A stretch of 38,400 nucleotides of DNA, taken from assembly GCA_965222115.1 (NCBI GenBank), contig CBDCTJ010000002.1, forward strand, positions 1 through 38,400, read 5' to 3'. Shown piece by piece: positions 26,769 to 35,543 of the stretch. Both the position numbers and the translations under genes were made by a program. Every line of letters begins with the position of its first letter. Position 1 is the first letter of the stretch. Source of the stretch: Planctomycetota bacterium. Lineage in GTDB: Bacteria > Planctomycetota > PLA2 > JAEUHO01. A model generated the notes under the pieces. That model saw only the letters and a list, made by a program, of their open reading frames with translations. It made no database searches and had not been told where the DNA came from.

Positions 26769-28109
26769 CTATCTCACCCCGAAACCCGTGCTATCCATCC
26801 CTGGGAACCCGCCGATTCCTGGTGCTGGTATCTCTCGGGGCTCTAGAACGTCTTCGCCATCTTCCGGCGCCGTGAATCCCGTCTGCTCATAGACCTCGCG
26901 GCGTGACAGCGGAAGCCCGGCAGCCACAAGCACTGAGACGACTTCTGCGCGTTCCTTCGGATCCTGACGCTTCTCTTGCGTGATTGAGAAACGCGGCAGG
27001 CCTTCATTGGAAAGCCCTAGCTCGACGATGTTGGGCCAGTTCTTTGTCCACAGACAGCCGATCAAGTCACGGGTTAGCGTTTCCTCAAGCGACTCGCGAT
27101 CGTATTGAATGAGTGCTTCGGTGCTGTTCTCTTGGATCGCGGCTAGTGCATACGAACCGCCTTCGGTCGCACCGGTCGTTAGGTTTGCTCCGAGCACGCA
27201 CGTAAAGATCATTCTCCGTAGTTCGTCGCGTAGGTCTTTGAGTAACTGCCACCCCTGTGCGGCAACCGGCATCGCCTCGATGTCATCGTCCTTGTCGAAA
27301 ATCAGTGCCCCCGACTCGATCGACTCTTGCATCATGGCGAGCCACTCGCGCATGACTTCGACGTTTGGCAGACCGGTTGACGAGTCCTTGAGCCCGTCGA
27401 TCTTCACCATGAACTTGCCGCGCCCGTGTGCTTCTGCTGCAGTCAAGCTCTCCTGAAATACGTGTTCTTTCGCGTACCACGGCCATGCGAGTGCATCGCG
27501 CAGCCCACGCCCGTACCCTAGTGCGCCTTCTATGTCCTGGTAGACGTGCTCGATTGTTTGAATCGATCCGGCCTCAGATTGGTCGATCCATTCTTCTGTA
27601 GCCATGCTCCAGACTTGGCGAGGTGCCACGACTGGATCTCCACGCATACGATCAACGGGTGTGAACCTGAATCGGCGCTTGTCCATGTCGTGCAGCACCG
27701 TTGGAGCCCACCATGTACGCTCTACGCCGTCTCCGATGCTCAGCGTCTTGGCTTCTAGTTGGATCGATGCGTATCGTGAACCAGAAAAGAATGCGCGAGA
27801 CAGTCTCATGCGCGCGCCCGTGAAATCGGTGATACACCCCAACAGCTTGCGCGCCGTCTCGGCTGCGAGTTGCCCGCGATCCGTGTCCGCGTCGGCAGGC
27901 GTACAGGTCCATTGACGACCGGCGATCAAGTGCTGACGATAGCCAACTACGTGCGCGATGTCCGCGTCAAGAAGCATCTTCTCTTCGAGGTCGGGTTCCC
28001 GAAGTAGCCACGTAGACGGGTCGATGGTCCGCGACCGCCGCCACGCGGCCGATAGAGCGCGGACGTACTGCTGCCGCGCGTTGTGCCAAATGCGCAGTTC
28101 TTGAGACAT
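26769..28109 (-). CDS. Portal protein, Mu gp29/DUF935-like
   Basis: DADIAHV, YGRGLR, VLGANLTT...GGSYALA, PRFSI; between terminase and gpF. Confidence 0.9.
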   Translation of the reverse strand: MSQELRIWHNARQQYVRALSAAWRRSRTIDPSTWLLREPDLEEKMLLDADIAHVVGYRQHLIAGRQWTCTPADADTDRGQLAAETARKLLGCITDFTGARMRLSRAFFSGSRYASIQLEAKTLSIGDGVERTWWAPTVLHDMDKRRFRFTPVDRMRGDPVVAPRQVWSMATEEWIDQSEAGSIQTIEHVYQDIEGALGYGRGLRDALAWPWYAKEHVFQESLTAAEAHGRGKFMVKIDGLKDSSTGLPNVEVMREWLAMMQESIESGALIFDKDDDIEAMPVAAQGWQLLKDLRDELRRMIFTCVLGANLTTGATEGGSYALAAIQENSTEALIQYDRESLEETLTRDLIGCLWTKNWPNIVELGLSNEGLPRFSITQEKRQDPKERAEVVSVLVAAGLPLSRREVYEQTGFTAPEDGEDVLEPREIPAPGIGGFPGMDSTGFGVR

Positions 28110-28112
28110 GCG

Positions 28113-28316
28113 CTACTTCTTAGACTTTTTCTCTGGCTTCTTGGACTTGGCAGGTGGCTTGTCGGCAGCGGCGCGAGCCTCCGCCTGTCGGGCTTCACCG
28201 GCCTTCGCCGCTTTGGATTTGGCGGCCGCCGCTTCCTTCGCGGCCTTTTCTCGGCGCGCGATCTTGTTCGCCAGCAGCTTGTCAGCGCGGTATTCGGCCT
28301 GCTTCTTTTCGGGCAT
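28113..28316 (-). CDS. Lys/Ala-rich small basic protein
   Basis: 67 aa exactly filling the terminase-portal gap. Confidence 0.6.
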   Translation of the reverse strand: MPEKKQAEYRADKLLANKIARREKAAKEAAAAKSKAAKAGEARQAEARAAADKPPAKSKKPEKKSKK

Positions 28317-28319
28317 GGG

Positions 28320-29780
28320 TCACCACCGTTTGCGCGACGTATGCCGTCGCCAACCTGGTGCCGCCTGCCGAGGACGCTCGCTCGGGTGTATATCACGAAT
28401 CTCTTGGTCTTGCACGGGTTTCGTGTAGGGGCGCCCGGCGCGTTGTGCGCCCGCCCCGTGACGCGCGAGCCATTCAAAGGCCCCGGATGATGCGTCCACA
28501 AGGTCCATCAAATCGCCATCGGGGAACGATTCAAGCTCATCGAAGTAGCCGTTCATCCACTGACCGGACACGATTCGAACCCCGCACCGAAGCCACTGGT
28601 TCATAAACCCACGCTCAAGTTCGGCAGACATCGGCGTCGCACGGTGTTCCTTTGCGCCGGTAGGCTTCTCCCCGATCACCCTCACGCCCGCCGCTTTCAG
28701 CTTCTTTTCGAGGGCTTCGAACTGGGCGATCCCGCCTGATCCGGGCTCGATCTCGATGCCCACTCGAACTGCAGGGCCGTCTCCCTTGGCTGTCGCCACG
28801 ATCCGCTCGTCTCTGCGGCCCGGCGACAGGCGGAAAGCTACCGCGTGTTCAACGCCGTACGCGCCCCAAACGTCTCGCCACATCTTGACGCCTGCCGTGC
28901 GCTTGGCCTCGGGCTTCTCGGACGCCGCAAGGTCCCACCAGCGGATTCGAACCGCGTCTTTGTTGGGTGGTGCGTCTGCCTCATCCAGCGGAGGCCCGAA
29001 CCACTCGGCCCGGAAGTAGTCGCCCGCCTCGCGCGCCGACCAGTCGCCGTCCAGTAGCTGTTGACGGAGGGTGGTCGGTAGGTGCATGAGCCCCTGCACG
29101 TACTCGTCAGCGTCTACGCTCGGGTTGTCCTTGAGGGCGGACCGGATGAAAACCCTGTTGCCACGAGTATCTGGGTTTATGAATCGGTCGCGTACCCACA
29201 CGTGCCCTCGGCCGCCTGGGTTCGATGCGGAGAGGGATCGCAGGGGAATCTTGGATCCGGCCTGCCGACGCACGCGGGATAGGGCGACGTACGAGTACTG
29301 GGGTTCTAGGAACTGGGTCAGCTCATCCCAGCCCGTGAAGTGGTACTCGGCGCCCTGGTATCGGAAGTGGTCCTGCGGCCCGGCTAGGTAGGCGAGCGCC
29401 ACCTTCGCCCCACTCGGGAAAGTCCATATCTTGTCAGACCCGTTCCAGTGTGCGTCTGTCCTGGCCCACCACTCCTGGGATCGGTCGAGAAGCGCGCCAG
29501 GTTGAGCTAGATCCGTGTGTGTGCGGCGGAACAGGATGCCCTTGTAAGCGGGTTCGTGGACGTACTGGGCCGATGCCATCAGCAACGCGTCGGACTTCCC
29601 ACCGCCTACCGAGCCTCCGAAAAGGGCCTCAAGGACGCCTTGCCCCTCGTTGCGCATGCTAAGGAACAACGCCTGCCGAGGGTGCGGCAAGTGGGGAATG
29701 TACGGATTGAACGCGATGTGCGGGCAAATCTGATCGATCAAGCTCGCGGCTTCGATCAAGTGTTCGGGTGGGCCTCGCAC
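28320..29780 (-). CDS. terL: Terminase large subunit
   Basis: Walker A FGGSVGGGKS, Walker B GWDELTQF, SNPGG, LKDNP, nuclease motifs RWWDLAAS and DLVDASS. Confidence 0.96.
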   Translation of the reverse strand: MRGPPEHLIEAASLIDQICPHIAFNPYIPHLPHPRQALFLSMRNEGQGVLEALFGGSVGGGKSDALLMASAQYVHEPAYKGILFRRTHTDLAQPGALLDRSQEWWARTDAHWNGSDKIWTFPSGAKVALAYLAGPQDHFRYQGAEYHFTGWDELTQFLEPQYSYVALSRVRRQAGSKIPLRSLSASNPGGRGHVWVRDRFINPDTRGNRVFIRSALKDNPSVDADEYVQGLMHLPTTLRQQLLDGDWSAREAGDYFRAEWFGPPLDEADAPPNKDAVRIRWWDLAASEKPEAKRTAGVKMWRDVWGAYGVEHAVAFRLSPGRRDERIVATAKGDGPAVRVGIEIEPGSGGIAQFEALEKKLKAAGVRVIGEKPTGAKEHRATPMSAELERGFMNQWLRCGVRIVSGQWMNGYFDELESFPDGDLMDLVDASSGAFEWLARHGAGAQRAGRPYTKPVQDQEIRDIHPSERPRQAAPGWRRHTSRKRW

Positions 29781-30214
29781 TATTCGGCGCCGTTGCTCGA
29801 CCCATTCCCCAGGTACTCTTCGCCCGCGTCACGGAACTCTCCCAGCCACGCTTTCAGGTCGAAAGGCTTTTCCTGTGACCCATTGGTGACGTTTACCGAG
29901 CGCGCGTCGATGTTCACGGTCTGCGGTGGACTCGCCTCGCGCTCCTGCTTGGCGGCCTCGTTTAGCCCCTTGGCAAGATCAATCCGCCCTTTCAGGAGCA
30001 TGGCCGCCGCTTGGGCGCGCGTTCGGTTAGAGACCTCGGTATTCTCCGCTATTTGTTGCAACACGGAAACGTCTACCACCCGCTCGTAGGCATCATGCTT
30101 CAAAGCCTCTGTATACGTGCGGACCACCACGCGGGCCGCCTTGGTTGGGGTCAGGTCGTATTCGCCCCTCGGCCCCAGCTTCTTGTCTTGCGGAAGTCTT
30201 TTTTCCACCCCCAC
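29780..30214 (-). CDS. Probable terminase small subunit
   Basis: 144 aa helical protein overlapping the terL start; assigned by position. Confidence 0.55.
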   Translation of the reverse strand: MGVEKRLPQDKKLGPRGEYDLTPTKAARVVVRTYTEALKHDAYERVVDVSVLQQIAENTEVSNRTRAQAAAMLLKGRIDLAKGLNEAAKQEREASPPQTVNIDARSVNVTNGSQEKPFDLKAWLGEFRDAGEEYLGNGSSNGAE

Positions 30215-30228
30215 CCCCCTTCTGCGTT

Positions 30229-30360
30229 GGGCCGGTTGTGCTACACTTTTGACCGGCCCTTGACTCGGTGGGTCAGTTCCTTCTTTCGCTTAATCGCGAT
30301 GTTTCCATCCGGTCGCGCGCCCTCCCTTCCTCCCTGGGCGCGCGGCCATCTTGTTTTTGT
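30229..30360. promoter_or_regulatory. Two GC-rich inverted repeats in the spacer upstream of terS
   Basis: GGGCCGGTT/GACCGGCCC (30229-30259) and GGTCGCGCGCCC/GGGCGCGCGGCC (30311-30347) followed on plus by ATCTTGTTTTTGT. Confidence 0.5.
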
Positions 30361-30430
30361 CTTGACGCGCTGGGTCTCTCTTATCACGCTAGGAAGGCGG
30401 GGGGGAAGGATAACACACCAGCGTTGCCTT

Positions 30431-30820
30431 TTAGATCGTCCCGCTGCCAGCGGCTTCTCGAACTTGTATAACTGACTCCCAAATCACGCGTTTCGGGTCA
30501 ACTTGTGTTGTGTCGGTAATCCACATGACCGCGTATACACGCCCAAGTGGAAACTCGGTGTCGTCCTCAACATCGGCTTCGTCCCATTTCCAGTAGCCTT
30601 CGCCGTTGGCTTCGTCAGTCCATGTGACGTGCGCCGCCTCGGTGTACTCGGTTTCTGATCCGCCCTCCGGGGTGAGATACATGGTGACTGATCGCCCCGC
30701 CACAGTCATGTCCACAGCTTCATAGAGGCACGTCGTGGCGTTCTTCCGTTCGAGTTTGAACGGGATTACAAGCGCCTCGCCCTTGAATACAACGGGAGCC
30801 TTGATTGTTGGGCTAGACAC
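30431..30820 (-). CDS. BppU-N-like Ig-fold virion protein
   Basis: VFKGEALVIPFKL...AVDMT...TDEANGEGYWKW...GRVYA pattern. Confidence 0.5.
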   Translation of the reverse strand: MSSPTIKAPVVFKGEALVIPFKLERKNATTCLYEAVDMTVAGRSVTMYLTPEGGSETEYTEAAHVTWTDEANGEGYWKWDEADVEDDTEFPLGRVYAVMWITDTTQVDPKRVIWESVIQVREAAGSGTI

Positions 30821-30956
30821 GGATCAACCTCGATCCCGGCTCAGACCATCGTACCGAAAACACATGCGCCGATTTGATTCGGATACGGTGGAAAGAACAT
30901 CTTGCTGGCGTGGTAGGCGGCGGCCCACCTCCAAGGTAAATCGGAATGAGCGGCAT
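30813..30956 (-). CDS. 47-aa hypothetical peptide
   Basis: MPLIPIYLGGGPPP... with GGAG SD; fills the gap between two structural-type genes. Confidence 0.45.
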   Translation of the reverse strand: MPLIPIYLGGGPPPTTPARCSFHRIRIKSAHVFSVRWSEPGSRLIRV

Positions 30957-30958
30957 TA

Positions 30959-32251
30959 TCAATACTCCTCCGACCAAAGACACGACGCGCCTACTTCCGA
31001 TGTTGAAGCGTCGGCAGCCGCCGCGAAGGTTAAGGTTTCGCCGGGCAGCAGAGTTAGACGCGCCGGCGTCAGGTCCCTTGATTGTGAACCGACCTTTTCC
31101 ATTTTGATGGTGGTTATCGTTCTCCCACCTGTAACGGTTGTTCCCGCGACGTCTACACTAGTGACCGAGTTTTGTGTGTCTAGATCTGTGTAGGACGGCG
31201 CCCCACCAAGCGTTGCATTCTTGATCAGTCGCGCGGTTACGGATTTGGTGCCGTCAGTGGAAAATGACGCAGCGATGAGGTTGATAGCCACTTGGTTCGG
31301 CGTGCCTTGGTACGAGGTCTTATTTTGTATAGTCATGACATTGGTGAGCGTCGTACCGACACCGGTCTTGGAGTTGTCAGTGCTGTAGCGCAGACCGAGG
31401 TCGATCGTCCGCCCCTGAACAAATCCAGCCATCGACGCCGATGATGTGACGATGTTCGTGGCGTTCGTAGTATTGACGGCCTCGATTATCATCGGAAGTG
31501 ACGGGTTTCTGAGTGACGGCACCGTGTTCGCGTTTGCATACTGGATCAGGTGCACCGGCGTGAGCCGACGCGTAACTGGGTCCTCGACTTCAAATAGGAT
31601 GCCGCCAAATCCTAAGTATTGATAGGAAGCGGCGAACACGTTTCCAAGTGTCGGGTCGATGATCGGTAGATTGCCTGTTCCGTCAGCCTTATCTATATTC
31701 CACGCGGTTCTTGGGATCCACGTATCCGACCCGTTGTTTCTGTGCAGCAGTCCAAAGTTCGCGCCGTCAAATCCGAAGCCAACCCGGTCAAGATCTGACC
31801 CCATACCGACAAACTGCGTTGACCCCGCGACTCCTGCCGTGAACTTTCCCGTGAACTCCGCGATCACGCCCTGGCCTGGTCGGTATCGAATAAAGCTCCG
31901 TGACGCTATTTGTGCCGATGACGATGCCGATGCGCCGGTGCTGCAAACCCCCATTCCATTGCTTTGTGTCGTGGTTCCTGAACCTGTGGTATCAAGGATC
32001 ATCACTTCTGTGTTTAGATTGTAAATGAACTGTAGCTGTACATGTGGAGTGCGTTCCGCGGTCTCTAGCTCACCAAACGCAGCTCGGCGCATCGTTGGAT
32101 CAATGACCGGCAGCGGGTTCGATGTGGAGGCGTCGCCATCGCTCACACCATCAACCCCGTGAGTGATCTTCACTCGCTGGTGCTTCACACCTCCGATATC
32201 ATCCGATGCGTACGTTTCACCGGTTCCGGGCAAGATGGTATTGTCGGACAT
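30959..32251 (-). CDS. Beta-rich virion accessory/fibre-like protein
   Basis: 430 aa Thr/Gly/Ser-rich; DDIGGVKHQRVKI...SNPLPV, AFGEL, RYRPGQG, WNIDKADG, YQYLGFG; GAGGAG SD. Confidence 0.65.
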   Translation of the reverse strand: MSDNTILPGTGETYASDDIGGVKHQRVKITHGVDGVSDGDASTSNPLPVIDPTMRRAAFGELETAERTPHVQLQFIYNLNTEVMILDTTGSGTTTQSNGMGVCSTGASASSSAQIASRSFIRYRPGQGVIAEFTGKFTAGVAGSTQFVGMGSDLDRVGFGFDGANFGLLHRNNGSDTWIPRTAWNIDKADGTGNLPIIDPTLGNVFAASYQYLGFGGILFEVEDPVTRRLTPVHLIQYANANTVPSLRNPSLPMIIEAVNTTNATNIVTSSASMAGFVQGRTIDLGLRYSTDNSKTGVGTTLTNVMTIQNKTSYQGTPNQVAINLIAASFSTDGTKSVTARLIKNATLGGAPSYTDLDTQNSVTSVDVAGTTVTGGRTITTIKMEKVGSQSRDLTPARLTLLPGETLTFAAAADASTSEVGASCLWSEEY

Positions 32252-32333
32252 GGCGCCTACTCCTCGGGCGTCTGAAGATTTCCGTGGAATCTACCCCGCA
32301 TCGTGCGAAATCAGGGAACTTTTGTCCATCTGA

Positions 32334-32600
32334 TTATGACTGCGCGCGCGAAGTCTCCACGCGCCTGGCCCTCGCTACACAGTGCAAAGCCTTAGTGAGG
32401 TCGCCCACCCTGGGGTTCCCTGGCTTCCTGCCCGCGCGGCAAAGGTACTTGACAGCACAACCAACGTTGAACGAGGCTTCTAGCGCATCCGTAATATCCA
32501 TCACCGTCAACGGCTCGCCATCGCTCTTGATGATGCCGGGAATGATGTAGTAGTCGGGGATGGCGGGAAGATCCTCGGGCGTCGGCTTAGGGTTATCCAT
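32334..32600 (-). CDS. DUF3310 (SaV-like) protein
   Basis: FNVGCAVKYLCRAGRK...DLTKA signature. Confidence 0.8.
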   Translation of the reverse strand: MDNPKPTPEDLPAIPDYYIIPGIIKSDGEPLTVMDITDALEASFNVGCAVKYLCRAGRKPGNPRVGDLTKALHCVARARRVETSRAQS

Positions 32601-32886
32601 TGGCTTCCTCTATCGCGACCCAACGCTCAAAGTCGCCCTCGTAACCAAACCATTCGTTCTCATCCACGTCTTTATCGAGGAATAACAGCCTCAGCTTGTC
32701 GACTACGAAACGCAGATCCGAAATCGCCTCATCCCTCTGCCGCTTCATGTCGTCGTAGGTGGCGAGCCATTGCGCTAGATCTTGATGATCGATTTCATCA
32801 TCGAAACAGTCTCGCCAATCTCGTCCTACTATTCGTCGTACACCCTCGATTTGCTCATCCGTATACGGCTTCGCGTTACTCATCAT
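32593..32886 (-). CDS. Hypothetical nin-region protein
   Basis: MMSNAKPYTDEQ..., GAGGGAG SD, coupled to neighbours. Confidence 0.6.
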   Translation of the reverse strand: MMSNAKPYTDEQIEGVRRIVGRDWRDCFDDEIDHQDLAQWLATYDDMKRQRDEAISDLRFVVDKLRLLFLDKDVDENEWFGYEGDFERWVAIEEANG

Positions 32887-33157
32887 ATTCTCCCTCACAA
32901 TCAAAAGTCGGAGGTTTGTCGATTGGGGGCTCTCCGGTCTTTCTGTCCTCATCACGAGCTAGCACGTAAACCGTTCTCGCGGCATCGGCCAGTGCGATCC
33001 ACGCTCGCACGTAAACACCACGCCGTGCGCAGTCACGACCAAACATGATCTCGGCCTCGGCCATACGCTCGGCGCGGCTGTACACGTCCCACAAGTCGTT
33101 TGTGGTGAACTCGACGCCATCGCCATTCGTGCCTGCGTTCGTTGGCGACTTACTCAT
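32876..33157 (-). CDS. Hypothetical nin-region protein
   Basis: MSKSPTNAG..., G-rich SD, coupled. Confidence 0.55.
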   Translation of the reverse strand: MSKSPTNAGTNGDGVEFTTNDLWDVYSRAERMAEAEIMFGRDCARRGVYVRAWIALADAARTVYVLARDEDRKTGEPPIDKPPTFDCEGEYDE

Positions 33158-33305
33158 CACCACCCCCTAGCGCGTACGTCAAGCACTTGTGAATCACGTT
33201 AGGTCCCGCGCGTTTCAACTCATCACTCGTTGGGGTAAAAACCTCCACGGCCTTTCCCGCACGCCGCATCATTTCACTTAGGATCAAGTCACGCCAAGAC
33301 TTCAC
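33150..33305 (-). CDS. 51-aa hypothetical protein
   Basis: GTG-KSWRDLILSEMMRR...GGGDE; TAGTG overlap upstream; fills the gap. Confidence 0.45.
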   Translation of the reverse strand: MKSWRDLILSEMMRRAGKAVEVFTPTSDELKRAGPNVIHKCLTYALGGGDE

Positions 33306-33508
33306 TACTCACCGCCTTTCTTCGCTTCCATCTCCCGCCGCATGTCTTCGCGGCCTGCTACGAATCCGCCCCGAAACGAGAGCCAACCCTCTACAGGCAA
33401 GCACGAGTAATCGTCGAAGTAGGGAATCCCGCCCACCCAGTGGAGCGGAAGTTTCTTATACCGCTCAAACGCCTTGCGCATCCGCTGCTCAATGTCCTTG
33501 TCGATCAT
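33305..33508 (-). CDS. Hypothetical nin-region protein
   Basis: MIDKDIEQRMRKAFE...WLSFRGGFVAG; GAGGG SD. Confidence 0.55.
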   Translation of the reverse strand: MIDKDIEQRMRKAFERYKKLPLHWVGGIPYFDDYSCLPVEGWLSFRGGFVAGREDMRREMEAKKGGE

Positions 33509-33797
33509 CGCTGCCCTCGTCCTCAATGTTGCAGGGGCTCCACGGCTCATCGCCGTGCCAGGGGACGAGCGCGCACCGCACGCCCTCTTTGTCTCGCCAA
33601 GCGCCACCCTGGTCATGACATGCCGCCGCCTCCGTAGACCACAGGAGTGGCGTGCCATCCTCAAGACGGTCTATCTCATCTGAGCCTTTTTTGCGGACGA
33701 CCCAAACCACTTCACCATACCACTTAGACGGTCGTGGCGTCACTCTTCTGAGTGTGTAATACTCAGCACTTCCGATGTATTTGTCTTTGGGGGTCAT
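33489..33797 (-). CDS. Hypothetical nin-region protein
   Basis: 102 aa, ATGA-coupled. Confidence 0.55.
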   Translation of the reverse strand: MTPKDKYIGSAEYYTLRRVTPRPSKWYGEVVWVVRKKGSDEIDRLEDGTPLLWSTEAAACHDQGGAWRDKEGVRCALVPWHGDEPWSPCNIEDEGSDDRQGH

Positions 33798-34018
33798 GGC
33801 TTCAACTCCGTTTTACGTATTTCGTAGTAGCCATTTCCGCAAACCCAATAACCGGAGCCCTCGCCGTATGGCTCAAGTGTGTAGCCATCGTCTTTTGCGT
33901 GTCCATCAACTGCCAAGCGTGCGCCGTCGCGGGAACGATGAGCGCTCAAAATATTTTCACCTTCATGGTTTACGCCGGCGATGACTAAGTAGACATGCTC
34001 AACAGTCTTATTACTCAC
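33794..34018 (-). CDS. Hypothetical nin-region protein
   Basis: GTG start with GGAGG upstream; VYLVIAG...ILSAH...A pattern typical of small phage proteins. Confidence 0.6.
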   Translation of the reverse strand: MSNKTVEHVYLVIAGVNHEGENILSAHRSRDGARLAVDGHAKDDGYTLEPYGEGSGYWVCGNGYYEIRKTELKP

Positions 34019-34259
34019 CCCCGCCTCCTTTCTCAAGCTCCGCGAGTAGGGCGTTTCGTTTCATTTTCTCACGCGCGTACGCATTGCGGCGTCTTTGCTC
34101 AACCGCCGCCTCATACGCACTCGCTGGCCCTGTGCAAACCGCGCATGGGTCGCCAAACGCGAATCCAAATCCGTCACACTCTGGACACTTGACACGTGTT
34201 ACGAATCGAATGTCGCCCGCCCACGATTCGGGATACGCAGGCCCGCCGTCTTTACTCAT
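34011..34259 (-). CDS. Small zinc-finger-like protein
   Basis: MSKDGGPAYP start; CPECDG...CAVCTG. Confidence 0.6.
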   Translation of the reverse strand: MSKDGGPAYPESWAGDIRFVTRVKCPECDGFGFAFGDPCAVCTGPASAYEAAVEQRRRNAYAREKMKRNALLAELEKGGGGE

Positions 34260-34467
34260 CGCCCTGGCCCCCTTTACGGCTTCTAATTTTGCGGCGGCGC
34301 AACACCGCGAGTCTCGACGCGTGCGCAAAGCGGAACCTCGCTTGCGCCCCCTTAGGAAATACTTCTTTGCCACATCGCGGGCACGACCCTTCGTTGATAA
34401 TGGCGACGTCACAACACGTTGTGAACGTCGTGCTGTTGGTCGGGCTACAGTGATACACGGTAGGCAT
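34252..34467 (-). CDS. Small Cys-rich basic protein
   Basis: MPTVYHC...TCC...CPRCG; TGATG-coupled to the HNH gene. Confidence 0.55.
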   Translation of the reverse strand: MPTVYHCSPTNSTTFTTCCDVAIINEGSCPRCGKEVFPKGAQARFRFAHASRLAVLRRRKIRSRKGGQGDE

Positions 34468-34856
34468 CAAATCCCCTCCACAAACAAGAGCTGTTGCCCT
34501 TGCTTCCTTGCCAACGTCCTGCGCCTCGAATCCGCGTGCTGCTTGCGGTCTAGCCGTAAGTGACAGCGTTGGCAAAGCGCGGCCAAGTTCTCCGGCATGT
34601 TGTTTCGTATGTCGTGGTCAAGGTGCGCTGTGGTTAGAACAATGCGCACGTAGTTATCACAAATCTTGTCACCACCAACCGCGTCAATTTCGCACGCCTG
34701 CTCCGGCTCGTACCAGACGAAACCATTTACAGCGCTTCTGAAAACAACTGAATGGTTGGGCACTCCGCAGAACTGACAACAATGACCACACCGATCAAGC
34801 ACGTTTGCGCGTATCGCCTTCCACGTCTTCGGGTACTTGGAGTAGTCAATCGGCAT
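34467..34856 (-). CDS. HNH-family nuclease
   Basis: YPKTW...CQFCG...VLTTAHLDH...N...NLAALCQRCH. Confidence 0.85.
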   Translation of the reverse strand: MPIDYSKYPKTWKAIRANVLDRCGHCCQFCGVPNHSVVFRSAVNGFVWYEPEQACEIDAVGGDKICDNYVRIVLTTAHLDHDIRNNMPENLAALCQRCHLRLDRKQHADSRRRTLARKQGQQLLFVEGI

Positions 34857-35112
34857 CGACTGACTCCACAAACAATCCCTCGGGCTCGGATTCGACGTAG
34901 CGCAACAGGTCTCCTTTATTCGCCCAAACTAGGAGCGTTCGCCCGGGGCGAGGAAACAGATCCAAGCGGACTCCGCGAAGAGTGATCGCATCAACAGGCG
35001 CGGATAGCTCTTCGAGGTTCAGCCTCACAAGTACGGTGCCATGCATTGAAACCCTAAGACTCTCCACCCACTTCCTCCGGTTCGCACGCTGTTGTTCGGG
35101 GGTGTAGTTCAT
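34846..35112 (-). CDS. Hypothetical protein
   Basis: MNYTPEQQRANRRKWVESLR; TGATG-coupled. Confidence 0.55.
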   Translation of the reverse strand: MNYTPEQQRANRRKWVESLRVSMHGTVLVRLNLEELSAPVDAITLRGVRLDLFPRPGRTLLVWANKGDLLRYVESEPEGLFVESVDAD

Positions 35113-35534
35113 CAATCCACTACCCGGCGTCGCGTAAGCCCATCTACTTGGTACGTAACCTGCCACGTCACATCGGGCGCTTCGTGGTCAGCATGCTCGG
35201 GATGCGCAAGGCCCCACCGTGAGTGCCCTACAACCACAGGGCCTAGATATTCAGACGCGGGAACGCCCGGTGCCGGAGTGATGTAATCAGGCAGCTTTAC
35301 GCCCTCAAACACTTCTACGTCGCCCTTAGCTATGTGACGTGCGCCAACGCTCGTTCCGACGGCGACTTGGCGAGTCCCAAGCTTCTTTCCGCGTGGGTGG
35401 TCGTCTGCTACGCAATGCAAATACACATCGCCTTGCTGGAGGACTGTTTTCCCAACCACTGCGCGTCGGCAGATACGCACATCAGCATCCACCTTGCTAT
35501 CGGCGATCTTCTTGAGTTGAGTTTGAGTTTTCAT
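35112..35534 (-). CDS. QGDV/HxEH protein, likely partner of the DUF6745-like gene
   Basis: LQQGDV, ARH, LAHPEH, YQVD...RRVVD motifs; AGGAG SD. Confidence 0.7.
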   Translation of the reverse strand: MKTQTQLKKIADSKVDADVRICRRAVVGKTVLQQGDVYLHCVADDHPRGKKLGTRQVAVGTSVGARHIAKGDVEVFEGVKLPDYITPAPGVPASEYLGPVVVGHSRWGLAHPEHADHEAPDVTWQVTYQVDGLTRRRVVD

Positions 35535-35543
35535 ACTTTGCTC

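Noticed and set aside
28940-28960. GGATTCGAACC, reverse complement of a tRNA T-loop
   Set aside because: Inside terL (AVRIRWWD) with no cloverleaf.
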